A stretch of 64,000 bases of DNA from Candidatus Krumholzibacteriota bacterium (GTDB lineage Bacteria; Krumholzibacteriota; Krumholzibacteriia; JAJRXK01), in NCBI GenBank assembly GCA_963727455.1, contig CAVSGG010000009.1:352001-416000 (forward strand), read 5' to 3'. Position 1 is the first letter of the stretch; every line of letters starts with the position of its first letter. Made by a program: the position numbers and the translations under genes. The notes beneath the pieces were generated by a model that did not search any database, had not been told where the DNA came from, and saw only the letters and a program-made list of their open reading frames with translations. Below, piece by piece: positions 55,075-64,000 of this stretch.

Positions 55075-56139
55075 GTGAATATTCTGTCACTCCAGAAAAG
55101 TCTGAGCGCGGCGTGGCGCTGGCTCGGCGGCGTTGCCGGCAAGAAGACGCAGCGCAGCTTTCGCGCGCGCTGGATCATCCAGGCCGCGATGGCGGCGTCC
55201 TGCGTGTGGATTGGCATTGCCTTCGCGCGCTTCTACGGCGCGGCGCGCGCGGGAAATCTCCCCCTGCCGGAACGCCCGCCCGGAGTCGAAGGATTTCTTC
55301 CCATCGGTGGCGTGATCGGACTCTTCGATTGGGTCGCCGGGGGTACGCTCAACCGCATTCATCCCGCCGCGACCATTCTGGTGCTCATCGCCCTGGTGAC
55401 GGCCTTCCTGCTGCGCAAGAGTTTCTGCTCCTGGATCTGCCCGGTCGGATTTCTCAGCGAGCTTTTGGCCCACACGGGGCGGCGCATCTTCGGTCGTAAT
55501 TTCTGGCCGTGGCTCTGGGCAGACCGGCTCCTCAGGGGAGTGAAATACCTCCTCATGCTCTTCTTCCTGCAGAGTATCGTGGCGATGGGCTCCTTTGGGC
55601 TACGCGCATTCCTCGAAGGCCCGTACAACCGCATGGCCGACGTGCACATGGGGCTATTTTTCTCCCGGCTCTCGCTCACCGCGGGCGTGGTTCTTTTGGT
55701 GCTTGTCGTGGGATCGACTTTGGTGAAGGGCTTCTGGTGCCGGTACTTCTGTCCCTACGGCGCCCTGCTGGGCTTGATATCCTGGTTGTCACCCACGCGG
55801 GTGGTTCGCGATCCGAAGAGCTGCATCGACTGCGGACTGTGCGATCGCGCGTGCATGGCCCGCTTGCCCGTTTCGACCAGAGGGCAGGTGCTGGATCCCG
55901 AATGTACGGGGTGCATGGACTGTGTCGCGGTCTGTCCGGTCGGTGAGGCGCTGCAGATGAGGACGGGAAGGAAGCGCCTGAGCGGCAGGACCCTGGCGAT
56001 CGCGGTGCTTTTCGTCTTCCTCCTGGGCTATTTCGGGGCGCGCAGCGCGGGCATGTGGAAGAACAGCCTGAGCGACCTCGAGTACCTGCGGGGCGTCGAA
56101 CAGATCGATAGCGGCGCCTATTCCCATCCCGGACGCTGA
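55075..56139 (+). CDS. Membrane polyferredoxin (NapH/MauN/YccM-like 4Fe-4S binding protein)
   Basis: RPPGVEGFLPI, FCSWICPVG, WCRYFCPYG, CIDCGLCDRAC, CTGCMDCVAVCP. Confidence 0.9.
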   Translation: MNILSLQKSLSAAWRWLGGVAGKKTQRSFRARWIIQAAMAASCVWIGIAFARFYGAARAGNLPLPERPPGVEGFLPIGGVIGLFDWVAGGTLNRIHPAATILVLIALVTAFLLRKSFCSWICPVGFLSELLAHTGRRIFGRNFWPWLWADRLLRGVKYLLMLFFLQSIVAMGSFGLRAFLEGPYNRMADVHMGLFFSRLSLTAGVVLLVLVVGSTLVKGFWCRYFCPYGALLGLISWLSPTRVVRDPKSCIDCGLCDRACMARLPVSTRGQVLDPECTGCMDCVAVCPVGEALQMRTGRKRLSGRTLAIAVLFVFLLGYFGARSAGMWKNSLSDLEYLRGVEQIDSGAYSHPGR

Positions 56140-56253
56140 AGATTCCTGCCATTGAAGGCTCCAGCTTGTCTTGCGTGGCGGTTTACGGCAAGATATTGGG
56201 CCTCTTTATCGATCGCTTGCGGTCCCATTTCAAAATGAACGCGGGAGAGAAGT

Positions 56254-57564
56254 ATGAGCCACCGGATTGGCCTGCGCAAAGAAGACAAGAATGAATGGGA
56301 ACGCCGCGTCGTCCTCACCCCCGAGGATGTGAAGCAACTTCTCAAAGAGAATATGAAAATCGAGGTCGAGTCGTTTCCGCGCCGCGCATTCTCCGATCAA
56401 AGCTACCGTGAGGCTGGGGCGCGCGTGGTCGATTCGGTCCGAGACTGCGAGATCGTGCTCGGCGTCAAAGAAATGCCGCTGGATTACTTCCGCGAAGGCG
56501 GCGCCTACATGTTCTTTTCGCACACCATCAAGGGGCAGTCCTACAATATGCCGCTCCTGAGGCGGCTCAAAGAGCTTCACTGCACGCTCCTCGATTACGA
56601 ACTGGTGACCAACGAAAAGGGACAGCGCCTGATCTTCTTCTCCCATCATGCGGGCCTGGTGGGAATGGCCGACAGTCTGTGGATGCTGGGCAGACGTCTT
56701 CAAGTCCTGGGACTGCAAACACCATTCCTGCAGCTCGAACCTGCCCACGCCTATCGCAATCTCTCCGCGTTGAAAGCAGCAGTGAGCGAAGTGGGGGACA
56801 AGATCGCGCGCGATGGCCTTCCTGCTGCTCTCTGTCCCTTCACGGTGGGAATTCTGGGCTACGGTCGCGTCTCCAAAGGAGCCCAGGAAATCCTCGATCT
56901 TCTTCCCTGCGCGGAGATTGTTCCCGAGAAGCTCGCGGCATGGACGAGCTCGAATTCACGGACTCGCGATCGCCTTGGCAAGGTCGTATTCAAGGAAGAG
57001 CATTTGGTCGAGCCAATCGTCCCCGAACGCAAATTCGAACTTCAGGATTACTACCAGCACCCTGAAGCCTACCGCGCCGTCTTCGCCCCCTACTTGCAGA
57101 ACTTGTCATTGCTGGTGAATGCGATCTACTGGGAAGAGCGCTATCCTCGCTTCGCCGATGCCGAAGTACTGCGCGCACTGTTCTCAGGTGAGTCGGCGCC
57201 CAAGTTGCTGGCGGTCGGCGACATCACCTGTGACATCGACGGCTCCTTGGCCTGCACGGTACGTGAGACCGAGCCGGGAGACCCGGTCTACGTCTACAAG
57301 CCTGACAGCCGTGAGGCGGCTTCAGGATTTCAGGGCGCGGGTTTGCAGGTCTTGGCGGTGGGAAATCTTCCCAGCGAGTTACCGGTCGAAGCTTCGACGA
57401 GTTTTGGACACTCCCTCAGGCCGTATCTTCCCGCCCTGGCGAGGGCCGATCTGCAGGCAAGCTTGAAGGACGCGCAGCTGCCGGGACCCCTGCAGCGCGC
57501 GGTCATTCTGTGGAGGGGCCAGTTCAGCCCGCGCTGCCGCTACATGGAGGAGTTCTTGAAGTAG
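56254..57564 (+). CDS. Lysine-ketoglutarate reductase / saccharopine dehydrogenase family (AlaDh/PNT fold)
   Basis: REDKNEWERRV-like start, GVKE, FFSHTIKGQ, LLDYE, GYGRVSKGAQEI, NAIYW, DITCD, NLPSELP. Confidence 0.85.
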   Translation: MSHRIGLRKEDKNEWERRVVLTPEDVKQLLKENMKIEVESFPRRAFSDQSYREAGARVVDSVRDCEIVLGVKEMPLDYFREGGAYMFFSHTIKGQSYNMPLLRRLKELHCTLLDYELVTNEKGQRLIFFSHHAGLVGMADSLWMLGRRLQVLGLQTPFLQLEPAHAYRNLSALKAAVSEVGDKIARDGLPAALCPFTVGILGYGRVSKGAQEILDLLPCAEIVPEKLAAWTSSNSRTRDRLGKVVFKEEHLVEPIVPERKFELQDYYQHPEAYRAVFAPYLQNLSLLVNAIYWEERYPRFADAEVLRALFSGESAPKLLAVGDITCDIDGSLACTVRETEPGDPVYVYKPDSREAASGFQGAGLQVLAVGNLPSELPVEASTSFGHSLRPYLPALARADLQASLKDAQLPGPLQRAVILWRGQFSPRCRYMEEFLK

Positions 57565-57779
57565 CGGCGAGCGGTGAAACCAGCCACGGCCTTCCACGCG
57601 GCCAAAGCGATCGCGAAGGAGAGCCACGCAAGAGCAAGTCTCAAGAGCGCGCTCTGCATGAAACGCCTGAGGCGAGTGGATTGCATGCGCTTGCTGCGCG
57701 AGATGCCCTTGTGAAGTAATGGCCAGGTCGTGGCCGCGGGCGTGGACTGGGAAGCCAGAGCTTCGACGTCGGCGGTCAT
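57540..57779 (-). CDS. Small hypothetical membrane protein
   Basis: AGGAG SD 6 nt before ATG, one hydrophobic helix; overlaps the end of the convergent gene. Confidence 0.4.
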   Translation of the reverse strand: MTADVEALASQSTPAATTWPLLHKGISRSKRMQSTRLRRFMQSALLRLALAWLSFAIALAAWKAVAGFTARRYFKNSSM

Positions 57780-57849
57780 GGCGGACTCCTGATTCTAGGG
57801 TCCGTCCCCCCTGTCCATCGATTCTATCAGATCACAAGCGGCCCGTGCT

Positions 57850-58689
57850 TCACTTTTGCCGCGCGGGTACCCACGCCGAGGTTCTTCCGCCGATTTGTAG
57901 GAACTCCACTCTGTTCCCCTCGAGGGTGCGTGCGTTCTCGTTCTTTCCCCAACGAACGTGAAACAACCAGTCGGCGGGAAATCGAGATTTGTCGGCATCC
58001 ACTCTCACCGCAAAGTTCACGACGGCTCTGAGCCGGCGCCGAACTCTCTCGAGTTCCTGCGAAGTGAGTCCGCTCGCGCTTCGGCGCGGGTCGATCTGCG
58101 CCTGGTAGAGGACTTCGTCGGCAATCCAGTTCCCCACTCCCGCGCAGAAGCTCTGATCCATCAGCAGGTTCTTGATGGCGGTCCGACGTACTCCTGCGCG
58201 CTCTCGGAACTGCGCCGGGGAGATCATAGCGAGTAGAGGATCGAATCCCAGTCGGGTTATGGGAGCCTCGTGCAGTGGATCATCCCGCAGGAGAATTCTC
58301 CCCAGCCGCCGCGCATTGGTCATCACCAACTCGCTCCCCTCTTCGAAGAAGAGATGAATCTTGGTGAAACGAGGCGGCCAGGCTTCGTGCGGATCGGGGG
58401 AAGGTCGTGAGGCGAGAGGAAGGTCGAGCCGGTCTGGCACCCTGAAGGCACCTGTCATCCCGAAATGAAAGAGGGGATGGGGTGGCGAATCCAGTTCGAA
58501 CCAGATCTGCTTGCCGATCCGGTGAACCTCGCGGACCGTCTTTTTGGTGAGAGCCTTCCTCCAGCGGTTCGGGGAGACTCCATCAAACACGATCTTATCT
58601 CGCCGGCAGATGACACGAAAGATTCTCTTCCCCTCCGCAGCCGCCGCGGCAATCCTCCGTCCACGTTCCACTTCGGGGAGCTCGGGCAC
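57850..58689 (-). CDS. mutM: Fpg/Nei DNA glycosylase, zincless-finger type
   Basis: PELPEVE, GKQIW, HFGMTG, LLMDQSFCAGVGNWIADEVLY, C-terminal GGRTSAWVPARQ without Cys. Confidence 0.88.
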   Translation of the reverse strand: MPELPEVERGRRIAAAAAEGKRIFRVICRRDKIVFDGVSPNRWRKALTKKTVREVHRIGKQIWFELDSPPHPLFHFGMTGAFRVPDRLDLPLASRPSPDPHEAWPPRFTKIHLFFEEGSELVMTNARRLGRILLRDDPLHEAPITRLGFDPLLAMISPAQFRERAGVRRTAIKNLLMDQSFCAGVGNWIADEVLYQAQIDPRRSASGLTSQELERVRRRLRAVVNFAVRVDADKSRFPADWLFHVRWGKNENARTLEGNRVEFLQIGGRTSAWVPARQK

Positions 58690-58694
58690 GGCAC

Positions 58695-60431
58695 TCAGTC
58701 CACCGGAGTTTTCGTCGCCGCCGGGAGACGAAAGTACTGAAGTTCTCCCGCCTCTCCCTCCAGCTTCATTTCACCCGCGTCGTCCTGCAGGCGTTCGGCC
58801 AATTCTCCGGCGAAGCGCAGATACTCCTGATAGCGCCTCTTGCGATCGTCCGGATTCAACGCAGTGGGGCCGCTCGCGGCCGAACAGAGGGCGGCCTGAA
58901 GACTGAAGGCCTTCCCCGTTGCTTTCTCCTCGCGGTGCACCCACGCGCCATTCCCGAGATCGAATTCGTAGAGGGAGAGGAAGCGGTGCGCGTAATCCGC
59001 CAAAAACAGCACGGCATCGATTACGTAGTCCGCCTCGTCATCGTCCATGATGTAGTGAAATCCGATTCTGCACCATCCGGGTTTCAAGCCGTGGTAGCCC
59101 TTTTGGATCCACGCCCGGTAGTGTTCGCTGGTTTGCGCATCGATCTTCAGCAGGCGGTGGCCGTAGGGACCTGCGCAGGAACAGCCCGCGCGCGACTGGA
59201 TGCCGAAGAGGTCGTTCGCAATGCGCGTGACGAACTTGGGATGCAAGTAGCTACCCGAGGGATCCTTCAGATTGAATGAGACGATGGCGACCCGTTTGGA
59301 AGGGTCCGGGTTGCCCAAAATCTCGATCGAGGGATGTTCTCCCCAGCGAAGCATGGCCCGCCCCAAAAGCGCGCGCTCGCGTTTCTCGATGCTCTCCGTT
59401 CCGACCGCTTCTTTGACCAGAAACGCGAGCCCTGCCTTCAGAGTCTGCAGCACTCCTGGGGTCCCGGCCTTCTCACGCATCTCGATGCGGGGGGTGTAAT
59501 CGTGACTGCTGAGCCCGACGTAATCCACCGTACCTCCACCACTCACCGTGGGAGGTAACTCTCGGTGGTAAATGCGTTCGTTGAAAACGAGGATGCCCGA
59601 CGAGCCCGGCCCCCCCAGGAATTTGTGCGGCGAGACGAAAATTGCGTCGAGTGAGGGATCGCCTCCCTCTTGTTCCGATTCGGGATTCATGTCGATCTTT
59701 ACATAAGGCGCACTGGCCGCGTAGTCAAAGCACGCGATTGCGTCGTGCTCGTGCAGAAGGCGCGCGATCGCGTGCACCGGGGTCAAATGACCGGTCACGT
59801 TCGATGCCGCGCTGAAGGTCCCGATGCGCAGGCGCCCCTGAAAGCGTGGGTCCTTCAGCAGCTCCTCCAGGTGTTTCAGATCCACACCCCCGTCCGCAGT
59901 CAGCTTGACCTCCTGAACGCAAGCGAGTCCCTCCCGCCAGGAAATCTCGTTCGAATGATGCTCGTAGGGCCCCACGAAAACCACCGGCTCCCGTTTGCGT
60001 AGAAATCGCGCGTACGATTCGTGAGGGATCTCTCCCAGATGCTCCTTCATCAGCTGGGTGAGCAGCAATCTCGTGGCCGGTGGCAGCGCAACCCCGACGA
60101 TTTGCTGAAGTTTGTCGATGGCGGCGGTGGCGCCCGTTCCCACCGCAATGAGTCGGCCATTGGGGCCAGCGTGCACCGCGTTTTTGATTGCGGATTCCGC
60201 CTCGTGAAGAAGTTGCGTCATGCTGCGGCCGGTGACGTCGTCCTCGGTGTGCGTATTCGCGTAGTGTCGCTGCAGACCCATGAGATATTGCTCGACGAAA
60301 CGAAGGCAGCGGCCGCTGGCAGTGTAGTCGCAGTAGACGAGCATTCTTTGTCCGAAGGGGGTATCGAAGGAACTGTCGACGCCGACGATCTGTTCGCGCA
60401 GATAACTGAACTGTAGGCGTGGCAAATCCAT
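58695..60431 (-). CDS. Aminotransferase class V-fold PLP enzyme (cysteine desulfurase-like)
   Basis: YCDYTASGR, YANTHTE, YEHHSNE, ASNVTG, SPHKFLGGPG, GCSCAGPYGH, KPGWCR. Confidence 0.9.
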   Translation of the reverse strand: MDLPRLQFSYLREQIVGVDSSFDTPFGQRMLVYCDYTASGRCLRFVEQYLMGLQRHYANTHTEDDVTGRSMTQLLHEAESAIKNAVHAGPNGRLIAVGTGATAAIDKLQQIVGVALPPATRLLLTQLMKEHLGEIPHESYARFLRKREPVVFVGPYEHHSNEISWREGLACVQEVKLTADGGVDLKHLEELLKDPRFQGRLRIGTFSAASNVTGHLTPVHAIARLLHEHDAIACFDYAASAPYVKIDMNPESEQEGGDPSLDAIFVSPHKFLGGPGSSGILVFNERIYHRELPPTVSGGGTVDYVGLSSHDYTPRIEMREKAGTPGVLQTLKAGLAFLVKEAVGTESIEKRERALLGRAMLRWGEHPSIEILGNPDPSKRVAIVSFNLKDPSGSYLHPKFVTRIANDLFGIQSRAGCSCAGPYGHRLLKIDAQTSEHYRAWIQKGYHGLKPGWCRIGFHYIMDDDEADYVIDAVLFLADYAHRFLSLYEFDLGNGAWVHREEKATGKAFSLQAALCSAASGPTALNPDDRKRRYQEYLRFAGELAERLQDDAGEMKLEGEAGELQYFRLPAATKTPVD

Positions 60432-60580
60432 GGCCGCTGGCTGAAAAGGGAGATCGTCCAAGTGATCGAGTCGGAGGGGACGGCTCTGAACAGAAGGCTA
60501 ACCCGGCGGCGCTTGCAAATCAAGGTGACCGAAGCTGCGCTGCGAAGATCGTGGTGGGACGAAGCTGCTTGCGGCGGATT

Positions 60581-61201
60581 TCAGGAGAAGGGAGCTGGAT
60601 CGCCGCAACCCTCGCGAATCAGCTCGGGAAAGTCCGAAGTGAAATCGATCACGGTGGTTGGGGTGAGCCCCCCGAAGCCGCCGTCGATGATCAGATCTAC
60701 CTGGCTCTCGAGCCTCGCGCGGATGTCCTGTGGGTCGGTGAGGGGGGCCTTCTCCCCGGCCAGAATGAGCGAGGTCGTCATCAGGGGAGCGCCGAGCTCC
60801 TCCAGCAGGGCCTGGGTCACGGGATGGTCGGGCACCCGCAGGCCAATCGTCTTGCGCTTGGGGTGCATGAGCCGGCGGGGCACCTCGCGGCTCGCTCGCA
60901 AAATGAAGGTGTAGGCGCCCGGCGTGTTCGCCTTCAGCAGACGATAGACGGGCGTACTGAAGACGGCATAGGTCCCGGATTCGGAGAGATCACGGCAACA
61001 GAGAGTGAAATTGTGCCGCTGATCGATACGGCGAATGCGGCAGATCCTCTCCAACGCCGACTTGTCGCCGATGCCACAGCCGAAGGCATAGGTGGAATCG
61101 GTGGGATAGACGATGATTCCGCCCTGCTGCAGGATGGAAACAGCCTGACGCAAGAGGCGCAGTTGGGGTGTCTCGGGATGGATGCGAAAATATTGACTCA
61201 A
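60581..61201 (-). CDS. yciO: L-threonylcarbamoyladenylate synthase family (YciO)
   Basis: TTG start, SQYFRIHPETPQ, YPTDSTY, HNFTL, TPGAYTFIL, KRKTIGLRVP. Confidence 0.92.
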   Translation of the reverse strand: MSQYFRIHPETPQLRLLRQAVSILQQGGIIVYPTDSTYAFGCGIGDKSALERICRIRRIDQRHNFTLCCRDLSESGTYAVFSTPVYRLLKANTPGAYTFILRASREVPRRLMHPKRKTIGLRVPDHPVTQALLEELGAPLMTTSLILAGEKAPLTDPQDIRARLESQVDLIIDGGFGGLTPTTVIDFTSDFPELIREGCGDPAPFS

Positions 61202-62289
61202 GCCGGAGAGGAACTCCCATTCAAGCGCAAGAGAATCTGCAGCTGAAAGCCGAAGATGATCGCGGCCAGACCAAGATGCAACGGTTGAACCATCGCGGGC
61301 AGCGCGAAGTAGGCCAGGACGGCTCCGGCCGCCACCTCGAAGAGAGTAATGAAGAAGAGCGCGCGGCACCAACCGACCAGAGGATGCCCTCCGCTTGCGC
61401 GCCTGCGAGCAAGCCAGAACAGCGCAGCGCTCAAGACCACCAGGAGTATCGAGAAGCTGCGGTGTACGTAGAAGATCAGGCCCAGGTTTTGAATCCAGGT
61501 GTCCCGCAGGGTGTTGTCCATCATGCGCGCGACGGTGTCCACGTTCTCTCGGACCTGCGTCCCCATCGCGACCTGGAGAACCATGCACACGACCGCGGCG
61601 GACAGTAGGACTTTCAGAGGTCCTAGATCCAGGGACTGCAGCCGCCATCTCTCGCTCTTGGGCCGGGTGAGTTGGAGAAGAAGCACTAGCAGAGCCACCA
61701 GAAGCAGGGCCAGGAGCATGTGCACCGTGACCATCCAGGGCAGCAGATTCGTGGAAACCACGAGCGATCCAGCCCATCCATTGAACCCCACCGTCAACAG
61801 GGCCAGGGCGGCCAGCCAGATCACCAGTGGACGCGTTCGACGGTAGGAAAAGGAGAAGATGAAGGTGGCGATGAAGAGGAATCCCACGCTCACCCCCGCG
61901 AGCCGATTCAAGTACTCGGTCCAGGTCTTGGCGGGGTTGAACTCGTTTTCCTCGCTGAGGGTCTGCTCGTGCCGCAGATCGTTGGCGAGATGGACGAAGC
62001 CCAAACCGCTGAGCATTCGCGCCAGCTTCTCGTTCTTGGCCTGTCGCTTGGCCAGGTAGATCTCCTTGTAATTCCCGGGCAGCTGGGACTCGGAGACCGG
62101 CGGTACCAGGCGCCCGAAGCAGGTGGGCCAGTCCGGACAGCCCATCCCGGCGCCCGTGCTGCGCACCACTCCCCCGATGACGATGAGACAATAGACGGCG
62201 ACCAGGGTGGCCCGGCAGCTCCGCCGGAAGCTGCGGTGCTTCCTTTCGTCCACATCCGGGGAGTCGTCGTGCTTAGAATTCTGTGGCAT
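61198..62289 (-). CDS. ctaA: Heme A synthase (COX15/CtaA)
   Basis: GGVVRSTGAGMGCPDWPTCFG, TWTEYLNRL, VTVHM, YVHR, QPLHL. Confidence 0.92.
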   Translation of the reverse strand: MPQNSKHDDSPDVDERKHRSFRRSCRATLVAVYCLIVIGGVVRSTGAGMGCPDWPTCFGRLVPPVSESQLPGNYKEIYLAKRQAKNEKLARMLSGLGFVHLANDLRHEQTLSEENEFNPAKTWTEYLNRLAGVSVGFLFIATFIFSFSYRRTRPLVIWLAALALLTVGFNGWAGSLVVSTNLLPWMVTVHMLLALLLVALLVLLLQLTRPKSERWRLQSLDLGPLKVLLSAAVVCMVLQVAMGTQVRENVDTVARMMDNTLRDTWIQNLGLIFYVHRSFSILLVVLSAALFWLARRRASGGHPLVGWCRALFFITLFEVAAGAVLAYFALPAMVQPLHLGLAAIIFGFQLQILLRLNGSSSPA

Positions 62290-62424
62290 GGCGGATTGGC
62301 TGGAATGAAGCGACTGAGTCCTGGCTCGAGCCCCGACACGGTAGACGGCTCTTGAAGTGGAGCGCAAGCCCTTATTGACCAGTTCCTCAGCCGGCTCTAG
62401 CGTACAAGCACTCAGGAGGAAGCC

Positions 62425-64000
62425 ATGCCCACACCCAGAGCCCTTGCCATGAAGAAACTGCGCTGGCACTGTCCATTGAATCGACTCGATTTCAAGTCGA
62501 CCGCCAGCCTTCACCCCCTGCAGAAGGTCATCGGCCAGGGAAGCGCTCTCGATGCGCTGCAGTTCGGCCTGAGCAGCAAGATCCAGGAGCACCACGTCTT
62601 CGTGCGCGGCCTCAGCGGCACCGGGCGTTCGACCCTGGTCAAGAAGCTCTTGCGAGAGCTGCGCATGGAGTGTCCTCCGCTCCACGATCGTTGCTACGTG
62701 CACAATTTCAGCCAGCCCGATCAACCTCGGCTGCTCACGCTGGCAGCCGGTCAGGGAGGTGTCTTTCGCCTGCACATGAAGCGCCTGGCCGCTTTCGTTC
62801 AGACCGGGCTGCGGGAGATCCTGACTTCGGATACGGTCACTGCGCGCAGAAAGGCCCTGGAGAAGACGGCCGAGCAGAAAATGCAGGCGCTGGTTCAACC
62901 CTTCGAGAAATCGCTCGCGGCGGACGGTTTGAGTCTGGTCACGGTTCGCACCGAGACCATGGCGGAAAAGGCGATCTTCCCGCTGGTCAAGGGCGAAGCG
63001 GTGGTCCCCGAAGAGTTCGATCGCCTCCACGCCGAGGGAACGATCAGCGATGCCCAATACAAACGCGTGAACGCAAAACGGCTTCGCTACGAGAAAGAGT
63101 TGGAGCATCTCCACGAGAAAGCGGGGGAAATCCGGGAAGCGTTTTCGGAGCAGGTGGAGGCCCTCTTCCGCGGCACGGTGCAGCAGGCTCTGCACCGCCG
63201 CCTGCACCTCGTGCGGCGCGCATTCCCCGAGAAGGCGATACAGGAGTGGCTGGACGAACTGCTCAACGACCTCATGGAACTGCGCTTGCCCCAGCTGGGA
63301 AGTGACACTTCCTTCACCAGCTTGTATCGGGTGAACGTGGTGGTCGATCGCTCCGGCGCGAGTGCTTGCCCCGTCGTAGTGGAGAGTACGCCCACTCTCT
63401 CCAATCTGGTGGGAAGCATCAATCTGGAGTTCACGGCAAATCAAGAGCCACGCGCCAGCCACATGGGGATCTGCGCCGGATCACTCCTTCAGGCGGACGG
63501 CGGTTATCTCATCCTGGAAGCCCGCGATCTCCTCTCCGATCCCGAGGCCTGGAAATACCTGGTGCGGACCCTGCGCACCGGCAGCCTCGAGGTCCACCCA
63601 CCGGATAGCATGGGGCCCTGGCCGGGTCCTGGTCTCAAACCACAGTCCGTCGACATCGAGGTGAAGGTAGTGCTACTGGGAGACACCCAGATCTACTACT
63701 TCCTGGACGAGTTCGATCCGAATTTCCGTGATCTCTTCAAAGTGCTGGCCGATTTCGAAGAGACGATTCCCAACGACCGTGCCGGCGCCCGCGACTACGC
63801 GCGTTGGGTCTCGCGTTTCGTGCGCGAGGAGAACTTGCCTCATTTCTCGCGCAAGGGTGTCGCGGCCCTCATCGAGCATGGAGTCCGAGTGGCGGCGGAC
63901 GGAGGACGCATCACGGCGCGCTTCGGCCGCATGGCGGACCTGGTGCGGGAAGCGGGATGGCTCGCCTCCCGCGAGAACGCAAATCTGGTGCGAGACACCC
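62425..64000 (+). CDS. Lon-like (LonB/LonC-type) ATP-dependent protease, partial and open at the window end
   Basis: AGGAGG SD; LRWHCP..VIGQ..FGL..HVFVRGLSGTGRST, CYVHNFSQPDQP, PVVVE, GSLLQADGGYLIL, LFKVLADF. Absent from the ORF track, consistent with no stop codon inside the window. Confidence 0.9.
   Translation, partial: MPTPRALAMKKLRWHCPLNRLDFKSTASLHPLQKVIGQGSALDALQFGLSSKIQEHHVFVRGLSGTGRSTLVKKLLRELRMECPPLHDRCYVHNFSQPDQPRLLTLAAGQGGVFRLHMKRLAAFVQTGLREILTSDTVTARRKALEKTAEQKMQALVQPFEKSLAADGLSLVTVRTETMAEKAIFPLVKGEAVVPEEFDRLHAEGTISDAQYKRVNAKRLRYEKELEHLHEKAGEIREAFSEQVEALFRGTVQQALHRRLHLVRRAFPEKAIQEWLDELLNDLMELRLPQLGSDTSFTSLYRVNVVVDRSGASACPVVVESTPTLSNLVGSINLEFTANQEPRASHMGICAGSLLQADGGYLILEARDLLSDPEAWKYLVRTLRTGSLEVHPPDSMGPWPGPGLKPQSVDIEVKVVLLGDTQIYYFLDEFDPNFRDLFKVLADFEETIPNDRAGARDYARWVSRFVREENLPHFSRKGVAALIEHGVRVAADGGRITARFGRMADLVREAGWLASRENANLVRDT

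Noticed and set aside
1-64000. CRISPR arrays, tRNA/rRNA, transposases, integrases, prophage or defence genes
   Set aside because: None recognised by eye; nearly all of the sequence is accounted for by the listed genes.

Overview
GC-rich bacterial chromosomal window with about 50 genes. I found no rRNA, tRNA, CRISPR array or mobile element by eye. Four secreted-type proteins end in an FlgD-Ig/T9SS-like C-terminal domain, and outer-membrane genes are present. Together these suggest a diderm FCB-related lineage such as Krumholzibacteriota, Latescibacterota or Eisenbacteria (inference). Many genes carry 1-nt indels typical of an unpolished long-read assembly, so several real genes are split across ORF-track entries. 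The first half holds a damaged light-response module (photolyase, DUF378, broken CarH/LitR with clear 11-bp operator repeats), alpha-glucan enzymes with malK, ettA, apaH, ahcY, an aminotransferase-hutH unit, several CAZyme/hydrolase-like secreted proteins, htpG and an ANKH-like transporter. The second half holds mlaEFD, an ArcE/cDPGS-family ligase, class II DAHP synthase, a TonB receptor, kup, mscL, a Pho-box-preceded porin-phoU pair, a standalone LKR-type dehydrogenase, a zincless Fpg, yciO, ctaA and a Lon-like protease. The most notable locus is a two-subunit, c-heme-fused cytochrome bd-like oxidase lacking the usual b558/quinol features, divergent from a hemerythrin and a NapH-like polyferredoxin.
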